Source: an uncultured Gammaproteobacteria bacterium (lineage in GTDB: Bacteria > Patescibacteriota > Microgenomatia > Levybacterales > UBA12049). Taken from it: a stretch of 48,094 nucleotides of DNA. A program made the position numbers and the translations under genes. Under the pieces are notes generated by a model. That model saw nothing but the letters and a program-made list of their open reading frames with translations, was not told where the DNA came from and searched no databases. Where the stretch lies: positions 1-48,094 of the forward strand of contig CAYWEP010000002.1 of assembly GCA_964457405.1 (NCBI GenBank), in the 5' to 3' direction. Each line of letters opens with the position of its first letter. The stretch's first letter is position 1. Positions 8,109 to 15,973 of this stretch are shown here, piece after piece.

Positions 8109-8261
8109 ATGATGTTGATTTTTGTTATTATTGCACTTGCCATACTGTCAGTAGCATTGGCGTACAAGTCACTAAGGAGCATGCAAAAATTAGAGGAAGT
8201 CGGTGAGGCAAAAAAAGAGCTGACAAAGGGAAAGGTAATTTTTCAAAACGATTCGTCCTGA
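8109..8261 (+). CDS. Candidate 50-aa single-TM small protein
   Basis: MMLIFVIIALAILSVALAYKSLRSMQKLEEVGEAKKELTKGKVIFQNDSS. It is below the track cut-off and overlaps the 3' end of the convergent TPR gene by 19 nt. Confidence 0.3.
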   Translation: MMLIFVIIALAILSVALAYKSLRSMQKLEEVGEAKKELTKGKVIFQNDSS

Positions 8262-8956
8262 TTCTCTCTGTTTTCTTTATTCTCGTGCTGGTCTTGTACA
8301 TGCAGATGGGTTTCATAGCCATTTTTGAGCGTGAATTTGGTTTTTTCAAACGAGGCAAATGATGGCTGGTTCTTAAATCGAATCGAGCGCTTGGTTTCTT
8401 TCACAAAAGTAATCAACCGATGGTTATCGACAGTCTTCACATACGCTTCATATTTATTTCCGCCATTCATGAATTTAATCAACCGTTTACTCATATCGTC
8501 GGGAAGCATGCCGACGTATTGTTTGTTGCTATCTAGGACAAAAATTTTCATTCTCTTTACAAGAAGCGTGAGTGTTTCACCGCATCGAAGGAGGGAAATG
8601 ATTTTTTGTTCAGCGACGTTAATGAGCTCGATAACCTTTGTCCTTCCCGGCTCCTCGATAAAAATATTATTCATCTGCGCGTTGACCGCGCTATTTGGGG
8701 TATGTTTTGTCTGGTTATTAGTGAGCCGTTTGAGATTTCTTATCGCAATAGGATTTTGCATGTCAAGTGCCAGCACTTTTTGGTAGATGTGTTTTGCTTC
8801 TTTAATATTGCCGAGGCTTGCAAATGCAAAAGCAAGGCGGTTTAGGGTATCGATGTCTTCAGGGTTATCTTCAAGAAGCAGGCGGTTGAGAGTAACTGCG
8901 CTATCCCAATCTCCCATGAGCGCCGTCTGGATTGCTTGTGTTTTACGTTGCGTCAT
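8243..8956 (-). CDS. TPR-repeat protein with an uncharacterised C-terminal domain
   Basis: MTQRKTQAIQTALMGDWDSAVTLNRLLLEDNPEDIDTLNRLAFAFASLGNIKEAKHIYQKVLALD gives two or three TPR units. The ATG is the complement of 8954-8956. Confidence 0.55.
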   Translation of the reverse strand: MTQRKTQAIQTALMGDWDSAVTLNRLLLEDNPEDIDTLNRLAFAFASLGNIKEAKHIYQKVLALDMQNPIAIRNLKRLTNNQTKHTPNSAVNAQMNNIFIEEPGRTKVIELINVAEQKIISLLRCGETLTLLVKRMKIFVLDSNKQYVGMLPDDMSKRLIKFMNGGNKYEAYVKTVDNHRLITFVKETKRSIRFKNQPSFASFEKTKFTLKNGYETHLHVQDQHENKENRENQDESF

Positions 8957-9030
8957 TCGGGCAAAGAAAGAATATGGTAATTTGGCATTGTACAAACATT
9001 TCTTGCAAATGTCAAGAGAGAAAAGGTATA

Positions 9031-9864
9031 ATGAGTGGTCATGACCCATTCGACTCTCCGCCAGTTGGCGGATCGCTCAGGGTCATAGTGAGTGTAATCG
9101 AATCTATGAGTGGGCATTCGAAGTGGTCAACAATAAAACGTCAGAAGGGCGCTGCCGATACCAAACGTGGGAAAATATTTACTAAGCTTGCCAATACGAT
9201 AACGATTGCGGTTCGGGAAGGGGGGAATGTCACAGACCCGGACGGGAATCCGCGACTCCGTATCGCAATTGATGCCGCACGTGCGAATAACATGCCCAAA
9301 GACAATATTGACCGCGCAATCCAGAGAGCGCGAGGTCGGCAAGGAGAAATGGTGTCCGAGGTCGCATATGAGGGTTTTGGTCCCGGGGGATTTAGCGTCA
9401 TTGTTGCAGCAGTGACCGATAACAAGCAACGAACGTTCGCTGAGGTAAAAAATGTTTTTGACAAAAATGGGGGAAGCTTGGGCAGTAGCGGATCTGTCTC
9501 GTATCAGTTTTTAAAGATGGGGTGCGTAACGGTTGGTAAAGATACAAAATCAGCTGATGAAATATTTCTGGTCGCCGCCGATACCGGTGCAGAGGATGTT
9601 GAAGACGCAGGACCGGAAGTGCTTATTTATACAAGCCCCCAAGACCTTGCGCGTATCAGAGATGCTGTGCAAAGCGAGGGACTGACTGTTCTTTCCGCAG
9701 CATTGACGAGAAAGCCTGTCATTACGGTATCGTTGACTGATAAAGATACTATACAGAAAGCACTGACATTTATGGAGAAACTTTCCGATCTTGATGATGT
9801 CCAGGAAGTATACGCCAATTTCGATATTCCTACCGCAAATGTTGCGGATGCTGCAACTTCATGA
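9031..9864 (+). CDS. yebC: YebC/PmpR-family transcriptional regulator. The conserved core starts at 9106, and an in-frame alternative start lies at 9031.
   Basis: MSGHSKWSTIKRQKGAADTKRGKIFTKL... The codons MSGH occur twice (9031 and 9106), 75 nt apart. The track's TTG at 8932 is not credible. Confidence 0.85.
   Translation: MSGHDPFDSPPVGGSLRVIVSVIESMSGHSKWSTIKRQKGAADTKRGKIFTKLANTITIAVREGGNVTDPDGNPRLRIAIDAARANNMPKDNIDRAIQRARGRQGEMVSEVAYEGFGPGGFSVIVAAVTDNKQRTFAEVKNVFDKNGGSLGSSGSVSYQFLKMGCVTVGKDTKSADEIFLVAADTGAEDVEDAGPEVLIYTSPQDLARIRDAVQSEGLTVLSAALTRKPVITVSLTDKDTIQKALTFMEKLSDLDDVQEVYANFDIPTANVADAATS
9043..9105. repeat. 63-bp GC-rich palindromic element flanked by the 12-bp direct repeat ATGAGTGG(T/G)CAT (9031-9042 and 9106-9117)
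   Basis: Read directly from the sequence. It contains the hairpin TCCGCC-AGTT-GGCGGA. It shares CCATTCGAC...CTCAGG...TGAGTGTAATCGAA with 31502-31537. Confidence 0.75.
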
Positions 9865-10715
9865 ATGGAATGAAACGACGGCTCTTCGGAAGCTTGGGAA
9901 ATCGCCTGCAAGGTCAGAAAAAGGGAAGAAAAACGATTCAGCTTGTCCTAGATAAACGGCAAAAATTTATCATAGCGGTTGTTTCGCTATCAATTGTATT
10001 ATTTATCGCTCAATTTCAGTTCGGCACATCAGGACTCCTCGGTCCAATTATTCTCTCACTATTGACTATGCTTCTTCTCTGGTGGGCGATAAAAGGGGAT
10101 CTGAAAGGCAATTTCCAAATCAGCGTTTTTATTTTGCCCTTTTTTTATAGCCTGGCATTTGGCTTGTTCTACTTCCTCGTCCCTACGCGTTTGCTCTCAA
10201 GGGTAGTCTTGACCGGTTTGTACGCATTTGGTCTTTACTCGTTGTTCCTTTCGCAAAACATCTTTGTTGTCGGCTCAATACGGACAATAGCATTACTCTC
10301 AGGCGCAAGGATCGTTTCTTTTGTCATTACGCTTGTGTCGTTTTTCTTCCTCTCCAATATCATCTTTACTTTTCATTTGTTTATTTTTCCGCTTATCATT
10401 GTTATCTTTATCTATACATACCTTCTGATGTATCAGTCGATTTGGTCGTACGCCTTGCAAAAAACAACAGTCTCATTGCTGCTATGGGTGCTTGCCCTGA
10501 CGCTTTGTGTTGTAGAGGTTTCGGTTATGTTGTGGTTCTGGCCAAGCAATCCGACAGTAATTGCGCTTTTCCTTACTGGCATTTTCTACACGGTTGTCGG
10601 GCTCTCTCATGTCTGGTTTGAGCGGAGGCTTTTTCGGGGAGTCTTATGGGAGTATGTATGGGTCGGCGTGGTTGTATTTTTCGTCCTCATCCTTTTTACC
10701 TCATGGGGGAAATGA
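9861..10715 (+). CDS. Polytopic membrane protein, function unknown
   Basis: 284 aa with about 8 hydrophobic segments. The start overlaps the yebC stop (ATGA). Confidence 0.5.
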   Translation: MNGMKRRLFGSLGNRLQGQKKGRKTIQLVLDKRQKFIIAVVSLSIVLFIAQFQFGTSGLLGPIILSLLTMLLLWWAIKGDLKGNFQISVFILPFFYSLAFGLFYFLVPTRLLSRVVLTGLYAFGLYSLFLSQNIFVVGSIRTIALLSGARIVSFVITLVSFFFLSNIIFTFHLFIFPLIIVIFIYTYLLMYQSIWSYALQKTTVSLLLWVLALTLCVVEVSVMLWFWPSNPTVIALFLTGIFYTVVGLSHVWFERRLFRGVLWEYVWVGVVVFFVLILFTSWGK

Positions 10716-10747
10716 CCCTTAAAGGGGAATTTCAAATAAGTACCAAT

Positions 10748-10780
10748 TTCCCTGCGGGGCAGGGAAGAGGGGGTAGGGGG
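10748..10780 (+). other. 7-bp-stem hairpin TTCCCTG-CGGGG-CAGGGAA (10748-10766), overlapping a four-tract G-run GGGG..GGG..GGGGG..GGGGG (10756-10780)
   Basis: Read directly from the sequence, 33 nt after the stop of the membrane-protein gene. No U-tract follows, so I do not call it a terminator. Confidence 0.5.
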
Positions 10781-11525
10781 TGTAAAAAAAGAAAGATGCA
10801 TAAATGTCCTATAAGATATGATATAGTTCGATATATATAATTAATTATAGTACAGTTTTTGAGGCTAAATGTGGATAAATGTATGAATTTTCACGGTTTT
10901 TAAGGGTCAGTTTTCACAGATTCTCTGCGCTGAGTTACGGGTCCTGGAAATATCTTTGATGTGAGGAGCTAGAGCGGAGAGATACCTGATTGAAGCCAGC
11001 GATCAGAGAGAAGGATTCTTCTTACATTCGCTTCTCCCCAGGAGCGAACACACGTCTTTTAAAAAAAATACGAACATTTTTTTATATAATTCTTGAAGCT
11101 AAAAATGATAGATTTGATTGATTTGGCAGTCTAAATCAACTTCCGTTCTGTTGGAGAGAAAACAGCCAATCCCTCTCATTGAGTCATACATAAGAGTATA
11201 TGCTTCAATCGTTGTGTTCTCGGTGTAGTAAGCGAGTGTGGTACTCTCAAGTGCCTATGTACTATCTCTCTCAATGTAAAGGGTTTATTTATTTATGTCG
11301 CACAATAATACTTTTACGACGTCACGACGCAGAGATATTGAGGGGAGGAGCCACAAAAATTTCTAATTTCTAATTTCAAATTTCAAATATCCAATTATGA
11401 CTTTTTGGGAGGAGGTTGAGATTCTCTATCCTTATAGAAAGGCAAATTTTTTATCCCTTCCCTACTATAGGTTTAAATGAATACAAAAATAGCTTTGCAC
11501 ACGCACTATTTGAGGCTAAATCGTG

Positions 11526-11580
11526 GTGAAAATGCCTTCTCCGTCTCTTTTTGCGCAAGGGAAGGCATTTTCACTGCTTT
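11526..11580 (+). terminator. Strong hairpin GTGAAAATGCCTTC (11526-11539) / GAAGGCATTTTCAC (11561-11574) followed by TGCTTTT
   Basis: 14-bp perfect stem, 21-nt loop and a short T-run on the plus strand. No annotated gene ends here, so it would terminate an unannotated plus-strand transcript. Confidence 0.3.
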
Positions 11581-11756
11581 TCCTATGGAATAAGTCAAAA
11601 CGTACTATTTATTTTTTCTGATACTTAGGAGTTAGATGACTATGTACTAAGGTTTCGTTCCAGACAGGTCTTAAAATCAATTGTAGGGCCTCAGGGCTGA
11701 GGCGGATTGGAGAGGGTTAGGAAAAAGCGTTTTTGTTGAGGGGTTTCAGGATCTGA

Positions 11757-11853
11757 TTCAAATTTGAAATTTTCAATTTTCAATGAATTTTCAAAATTTA
11801 AATTTTGAAACATTTAAGTTTCATTTCAAATTTCAAATTGTAAATTGAAAATT
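11757..11853. repeat. About 100-bp AT-rich satellite built from AATTTCA/TTGAAAT-type units with nested perfect palindromes
   Basis: TTCAAATTTGAA (11757-11768) and TTTCAAAATTT|AAATTTTGAAA (11789-11810) are perfect palindromes. The same unit recurs at 11358-11388, about 25620-25700 and 48044-48071. Confidence 0.8.
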
Positions 11854-11908
11854 CTTAAAGATGCGAATCAAGTTCGCGTGACAGGAGCCGGTTGCGTCGC
11901 ACAATTTC

Positions 11909-13264
11909 TTAATGCAAGATTCCCGTGAGGCTGTATGGCGGACCGGCTGTGAGCGCTTCATCGGTGAAGATTTTGCCTTGTCTCGCTTCAATTAATTCGA
12001 GTATCTTGACATAACGATAAAAAATCGCATTTGTCCAGCCAAAACCAAATTGTGGCGCGTACCAATAGAATTTCGGCTTCTCACCGGTGGTCGAGTCAAT
12101 TTTCTCAAGAAGCGCTCCGTATTTCTTAAATACTCGATGGTTTGCTTTCACCGATTTCGTCATAATGCGGACCGCATCATCAATAAATCCATAGCGCAGA
12201 AGTCCAATGACAGCGAGATACTCAAGCGGTGGCCAAATATTCGGGAAATCCCATTGCTTCGGCTCCATTAGTTCTTCAATCGAGAGTCTAAAAGCTTTGG
12301 GAATATGATCAAAATAAATAGGTCCGGGCATGGAAGTCTTTGCGGTAATTGTGAGGCCGTACTCTGTTTCAAAGAGCGATAGTTTTTCGCGTGCGCGTTT
12401 TGCTTCCTCGTACGTTGCGAGCTTCGCCCAAAGCGGCACAAACCCAGCCAATGAGTAAAATTCACTCTGCAAGTTATTGACAAAGTCATAGTCAAAGAAA
12501 AATCCTTTTTCTTCATTCCACATATACTTTTTCATAGTTTCATGCCGTTTGCTCGCGCGACTCTCCCAGTGTGCTTCGTCTTTTTTATCTCCTAGGATAT
12601 TTGCTGTTTTGGCAAAGTCTTTTTCGTATTTATGTAAATACGAATTCAGATCAATCGGCAGAAAATCATCACACCGGTTATAAAAGCGCGTCGTGAAGTC
12701 CCAGCCTGATTCTCGTTCAGACGTTAGGGCATAGCCAACATCGCGGTCTCCATAGCGGCTTAAGCCAAATTCAGGTATCTTGTGTCGGAATGTCTCTGAA
12801 TCCTCCCAAACGTGCGTATACTCACTCTTCGCAATTGACATACGATGTTTGAGCCAGTGGCGGATGTAGGGACCCTTGCCGTACTCGACAATACCTGATG
12901 AGCGCTGAATGGCATAGTAGGCATCAAAAATCATTGAGGTAAGAAACGGTGGCTGTGAATGTCCTAAAAATGCCCACATACTCGCATTGGGAATAATGCC
13001 AAAGGTATTAAACATATAAACAAAATTGTCAACGACTTCAGGGATTACCCAGTCGCGGTCAGTGGCAATAAGGCCGCGAAGCATAAAGAAGCTGTCCCAA
13101 TAAAACATAGACGTTTTCCAGTGCGATTTTGCGTTTGGTGTTATAAAGGTATTTGGAAGGGGTATCACATGAGGGTCGCCTTGGCTGTCTTTGGGGTCGT
13201 GGATAATTTGATTCCAGTAGTTGTCAATGAAATCAAGACAGTCATGGTATTGATCAGAAAGCAT
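11909..13264 (-). CDS. Glycoside hydrolase, trehalase-like (GH37-type)
   Basis: MFYWDSFF and QWDFPNIWPPLEY match the two GH37 trehalase signatures (..YYWDSY.. and QWD.P.[GAV]W[PAS]P). Confidence 0.6.
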   Translation of the reverse strand: MLSDQYHDCLDFIDNYWNQIIHDPKDSQGDPHVIPLPNTFITPNAKSHWKTSMFYWDSFFMLRGLIATDRDWVIPEVVDNFVYMFNTFGIIPNASMWAFLGHSQPPFLTSMIFDAYYAIQRSSGIVEYGKGPYIRHWLKHRMSIAKSEYTHVWEDSETFRHKIPEFGLSRYGDRDVGYALTSERESGWDFTTRFYNRCDDFLPIDLNSYLHKYEKDFAKTANILGDKKDEAHWESRASKRHETMKKYMWNEEKGFFFDYDFVNNLQSEFYSLAGFVPLWAKLATYEEAKRAREKLSLFETEYGLTITAKTSMPGPIYFDHIPKAFRLSIEELMEPKQWDFPNIWPPLEYLAVIGLLRYGFIDDAVRIMTKSVKANHRVFKKYGALLEKIDSTTGEKPKFYWYAPQFGFGWTNAIFYRYVKILELIEARQGKIFTDEALTAGPPYSLTGILH

Positions 13265-13267
13265 ATT

Positions 13268-14182
13268 TTACGTTAGTATTTCCTTCCAGTCCTGCGCGAA
13301 TCGGATTATCCCTTTTTCCGTGAGCGGATGGGTGATATCCAATTTCCCTGATTCTATAGTCTGCATAAATGTATCAATGTTGTCAATTGTCAAAAGCTCC
13401 TCTGGCGTTTCCCAATGGGGAATGGGGCGGAGGCTTTGTGCATAGGTGACAATATCGAGTTTTTCCTGCTGTTTTTTGGAAAGCGCGAACCACTCACGGT
13501 ATGCTTTAACAGGCGCTGTGAGGATATCTGATCCAATAATCATACTTCTTTTCATATGCATAGCATTTCGGATCGAAGATGTGAGCATCCAGACCGCCAG
13601 CTGGCGGTCGAAATGGATTTTCAGTTTTACTCCTTGTTCTGCAAGACTCATGCCGTCCTCCCCTATATCATCAAGCCTGCCGACAAACGGCGAAATAAAT
13701 GGCGGCCAATGATTCTGAATCGGACCGAAATTTTTTTGCACAAGATGCTCGTGCATGCAAATAGCAAAGATTTGCTTTAGAGAAAAAACCAATGTATTGT
13801 TAATCGGAATTTTTTCTTTTCGTAAAATTGTCCGCGCTTTCAGTCCCTCAAGCGTCGTTGGCAGCTTCACGACTACCCGTTCATGCCAGGCTGCGATCTC
13901 TCTCCCCTGCTCTACCATTTCTTGCGCTTTGGTTTTTTCATCTGCGTATACCTCTGCCGAGACTGCGCCGGGAACAATCTGCAGTATTTCCATAACGATT
14001 TTTTTCTGCAACTCGTAGGCTTCTTGGAGTGTATATTTCTTCCCGGTCAGTTTTTTAGCAATTAACGTGGGGTTAGTAGTCGCTCCCCAGAGCTCGCTTC
14101 CTTGTCGTGTTGCCAGATCCTTTATTTCTCGATACTCCTCTGGGTCTCCGCTATCGAGGAGAAATTTCATCACCGTTTGCAT
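13268..14182 (-). CDS. Transaldolase / fructose-6-phosphate aldolase family protein
   Basis: KFLLDSGDPEEY, GATTNPTLI, VVVKLP (Schiff-base Lys context) and ISPFVGRLDD. An alternative ATG lies at 14170. Confidence 0.75.
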   Translation of the reverse strand: MQTVMKFLLDSGDPEEYREIKDLATRQGSELWGATTNPTLIAKKLTGKKYTLQEAYELQKKIVMEILQIVPGAVSAEVYADEKTKAQEMVEQGREIAAWHERVVVKLPTTLEGLKARTILRKEKIPINNTLVFSLKQIFAICMHEHLVQKNFGPIQNHWPPFISPFVGRLDDIGEDGMSLAEQGVKLKIHFDRQLAVWMLTSSIRNAMHMKRSMIIGSDILTAPVKAYREWFALSKKQQEKLDIVTYAQSLRPIPHWETPEELLTIDNIDTFMQTIESGKLDITHPLTEKGIIRFAQDWKEILT

Positions 14183-14208
14183 ATATGCAATAATAGCATA
14201 ATTCGACG

Positions 14209-14238
14209 TTGACAGTGTTTTGCCTTGCGTCGTAGAAT
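14209..14238 (+). promoter_or_regulatory. Candidate sigma-70-type promoter TTGACA-N18-TAGAAT ending 7 nt before the ATG at 14246
   Basis: -35 at 14209-14214 and -10 at 14233-14238. This geometry would give a leaderless xer mRNA. Confidence 0.35.
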
Positions 14239-14239
14239 A

Positions 14240-15175
14240 ATGATTATGGTTTCCCCACTTCCTGAGCTGATTAATAACTTCCTTGAATACCTCGAGATTG
14301 AGAAGAATTGTTCGAAATTAACTATCCGAGATTATAAGCACTATTTACAGACGTTTGAAGGGTGGTTTGTAACGCAGAAAGGAAAATCAATTGAGGGTCT
14401 TGATCTTGCCACAGTCCGTAAATATCGTGTCTTTCTTTCCAATAAGCCAACACAAAATGATCTCCCTCTAAAAAAAGTAACCCAAAACTATTATGTTATC
14501 GCGCTTCGATCGTTCCTTCGGTATCTTATAAAAAACGATATCCCAACGCTTGAGCCGTCAAAAATCGATTTACCAAAAACAGAGAGCAGAAGTTTGAAAT
14601 TTCTTGAACGCGACCAGATTGATAGGCTTGTCACGGCACCTGATACGAGTAAAGAAGAAGGTGTACGGGATCGTGCGATTTTAGAGCTTCTCTTCTCCAC
14701 TGGGCTTCGCGTTTCAGAACTTGTGCAGCTGAATCACAAGCAAATTAACCTTGATCGACGAGAATTCGGCGTGATCGGTAAAGGCGGCAGAAGTCGTATT
14801 GTTTTTGTTTCAGAGCATGCTGCCGAATGGGTCAAGCGGTATCTGGACAAGCGAAACGATCCCTTCAAGCCGCTTTTTATCCGGTATTCTGGACGAGTTG
14901 AGGAGCTCGATGAAGGGGAAAAAATGCGCCTGACAGCCCGAAGCGTTGAGCGGATTGTGAAAAAATATGTACGGCTTGCGCGCTTGCCGGTTGATGCGAC
15001 TGTCCATACCTTGAGACATTCGTTCGCAACTGATTTACTCACCAACGGCGCGGATCTTCGCTCAGTCCAGGAGATGCTCGGACACAAAAATATCGCAACA
15101 ACTCAGATTTATACGCATATTACCAATAAGCAATTACGGGAGGTTCACAAATCATTTCACTCAGGAAATAGATAG
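14240..15175 (+). CDS. xerC: Tyrosine site-specific recombinase, XerC/XerD family
   Basis: The N-terminal SAM-like domain (FLEYLEIEKNCSKLTIRDYKHYL), R..ELLFSTGLRVSEL and HTLRHSFATDLL..GADLRSVQEMLGHKNIATTQIYTH cover the R-H-R-Y catalytic set. The start is at 14240 or 14246; the track's TTG at 14225 is unlikely. Confidence 0.8.
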   Translation: MIMVSPLPELINNFLEYLEIEKNCSKLTIRDYKHYLQTFEGWFVTQKGKSIEGLDLATVRKYRVFLSNKPTQNDLPLKKVTQNYYVIALRSFLRYLIKNDIPTLEPSKIDLPKTESRSLKFLERDQIDRLVTAPDTSKEEGVRDRAILELLFSTGLRVSELVQLNHKQINLDRREFGVIGKGGRSRIVFVSEHAAEWVKRYLDKRNDPFKPLFIRYSGRVEELDEGEKMRLTARSVERIVKKYVRLARLPVDATVHTLRHSFATDLLTNGADLRSVQEMLGHKNIATTQIYTHITNKQLREVHKSFHSGNR

Positions 15176-15182
15176 GTAGAGG

Positions 15183-15935
15183 CTAGAGAGTTTCGTAGGA
15201 CAAAGAGACAGTGACGCGGACGGTATTTTCTCCAGGCTGCAGGTCGGTCTCAGGCACATCGCCACCACTGCCACCTGCGGCTCTTGATTCTAGATAAATG
15301 GGAGGTTGTGGTACGGCGCTGCTGTCGGTAACACTGATAATGCGGCCCAGCTTGATATCTGCAGCACTTGCGATGCTTCGCGCTTTCCTTTTTGCGTCAT
15401 CGATTGCAATACGTCGTGCCTGATCCTCAAGCTTCTCCTGCTTTTCATCATCTATTGTGAAGCTTACGCCGCTGACTTGATTCGCGCCGTTCCCTGTCGC
15501 ACTATCAAGCGCTTTATTCGCCAAATCGACATTTTTTACTTTTACTTGCAACTCCTGTCGTGCCGTGTAGCCAGTGATGGTATTTCGCCCACCGGCATAA
15601 TCCTGGTTGGGATAGACGTTGTAATTTATTGTTTTAATATCGTCCTCTTTTATTCCCAACCGTTTCAGATCGGCGATAATCTTGTTTGCGCTTTCGGTAA
15701 TCTGGTTTTTTGCAGCCTCAACTGTATTTGCCGTTTGGGTGACACCTACTGTAAATGTTGCGGTATCAGGGACAGCTGTTACTTCCCCTTCCCCGCTCAC
15801 AGTAAAAAGGTCAGTTTTTGTCGTCGTGACGCTATTGACCGAAAATGGCAACGGCCCGAAAAACTTGGCAAAAAGGTAAAAGAAGGCGAAAATAAGAAAG
15901 ACTGTGAAAAAAGGGGTTTGCAGTTGGCGCCACAT
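15183..15935 (-). CDS. SIMPL/DUF541-family secreted or periplasmic protein
   Basis: N-terminal TM or signal segment, then VSGEGEVTAVPDTATFTVGV....AKNQ and a repeated beta-rich architecture typical of the SIMPL family. The ATG at 15935 is preferred over the GTG at 15950. Confidence 0.65.
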   Translation of the reverse strand: MWRQLQTPFFTVFLIFAFFYLFAKFFGPLPFSVNSVTTTKTDLFTVSGEGEVTAVPDTATFTVGVTQTANTVEAAKNQITESANKIIADLKRLGIKEDDIKTINYNVYPNQDYAGGRNTITGYTARQELQVKVKNVDLANKALDSATGNGANQVSGVSFTIDDEKQEKLEDQARRIAIDDAKRKARSIASAADIKLGRIISVTDSSAVPQPPIYLESRAAGGSGGDVPETDLQPGENTVRVTVSLSYETL

Positions 15936-15973
15936 AGGAGCAATGCTCACTATACTGTCTCAGCAATTATTTG

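Larger units (their letters stand above)
10841..11908. other. 1.07-kb ORF-free region between convergent genes (a candidate ncRNA locus or decayed element)
   Basis: The track has no ORF of 60 aa or more on either strand here. The region contains a duplicated 13-mer TTTGAGGCTAAAT (10857 and 11509), a 14-bp perfect hairpin and an AT-rich palindromic satellite. Confidence 0.6.

Noticed and set aside
8932-9030. TTG- or GTG-extended N-termini given by the ORF track for yebC, pyrB, pyrC, folD, pilB, pilT, the pilin, hppA, the Crp regulator, the KASIII genes and xer.
   Set aside because: The extensions run through repeats, promoters (twice the TTG is the start of a TTGACA box) or the neighbouring gene. 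In-frame ATGs coincide with the conserved family N-termini.
10870-10878. A perfect DnaA box (TGTGGATAA), raising the possibility that the ORF-free gap plus its AT-rich tract is oriC.
   Set aside because: There is only one perfect box, and the other candidates match at 6/9 or less. A given 9-mer is not improbable in 48 kb on two strands. No dnaA or dnaN is nearby, and the flanking genes converge on the gap, which is the opposite of the usual origin geometry.
11180-11300. A dif-like Xer site in the convergent gap, near ATGTAAA at about 11274 and CGCACAATAAT at about 11298.
   Set aside because: I could not assemble two inverted 11-bp arms around a 6-bp spacer. The matches are 7/11 at best on one arm only. 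The terminus idea is kept only as a hypothesis in the gap finding.
11200-11373. 57-codon Cys-containing ORF (MLQSLCSRCSKRVWY...) in the gap.
   Set aside because: It has a weak ribosome-binding context, runs into the AATTTCT satellite, has no recognisable fold motif beyond one CxxC, and is below the length threshold. It is probably fortuitous.
10841-11908. RNase P RNA, tmRNA, SRP RNA or a CRISPR array in the gap.
   Set aside because: I found no GAGGAAAGTCC or ACAGAA.CCGGCTTA blocks. There is no tRNA-like GGTTCGA..CCA 3' end, no SRP GGAAGCAGCC-type motif, and no direct repeats of 24-40 nt in three or more copies at regular spacing. This was an eye scan only, so it is not decisive.
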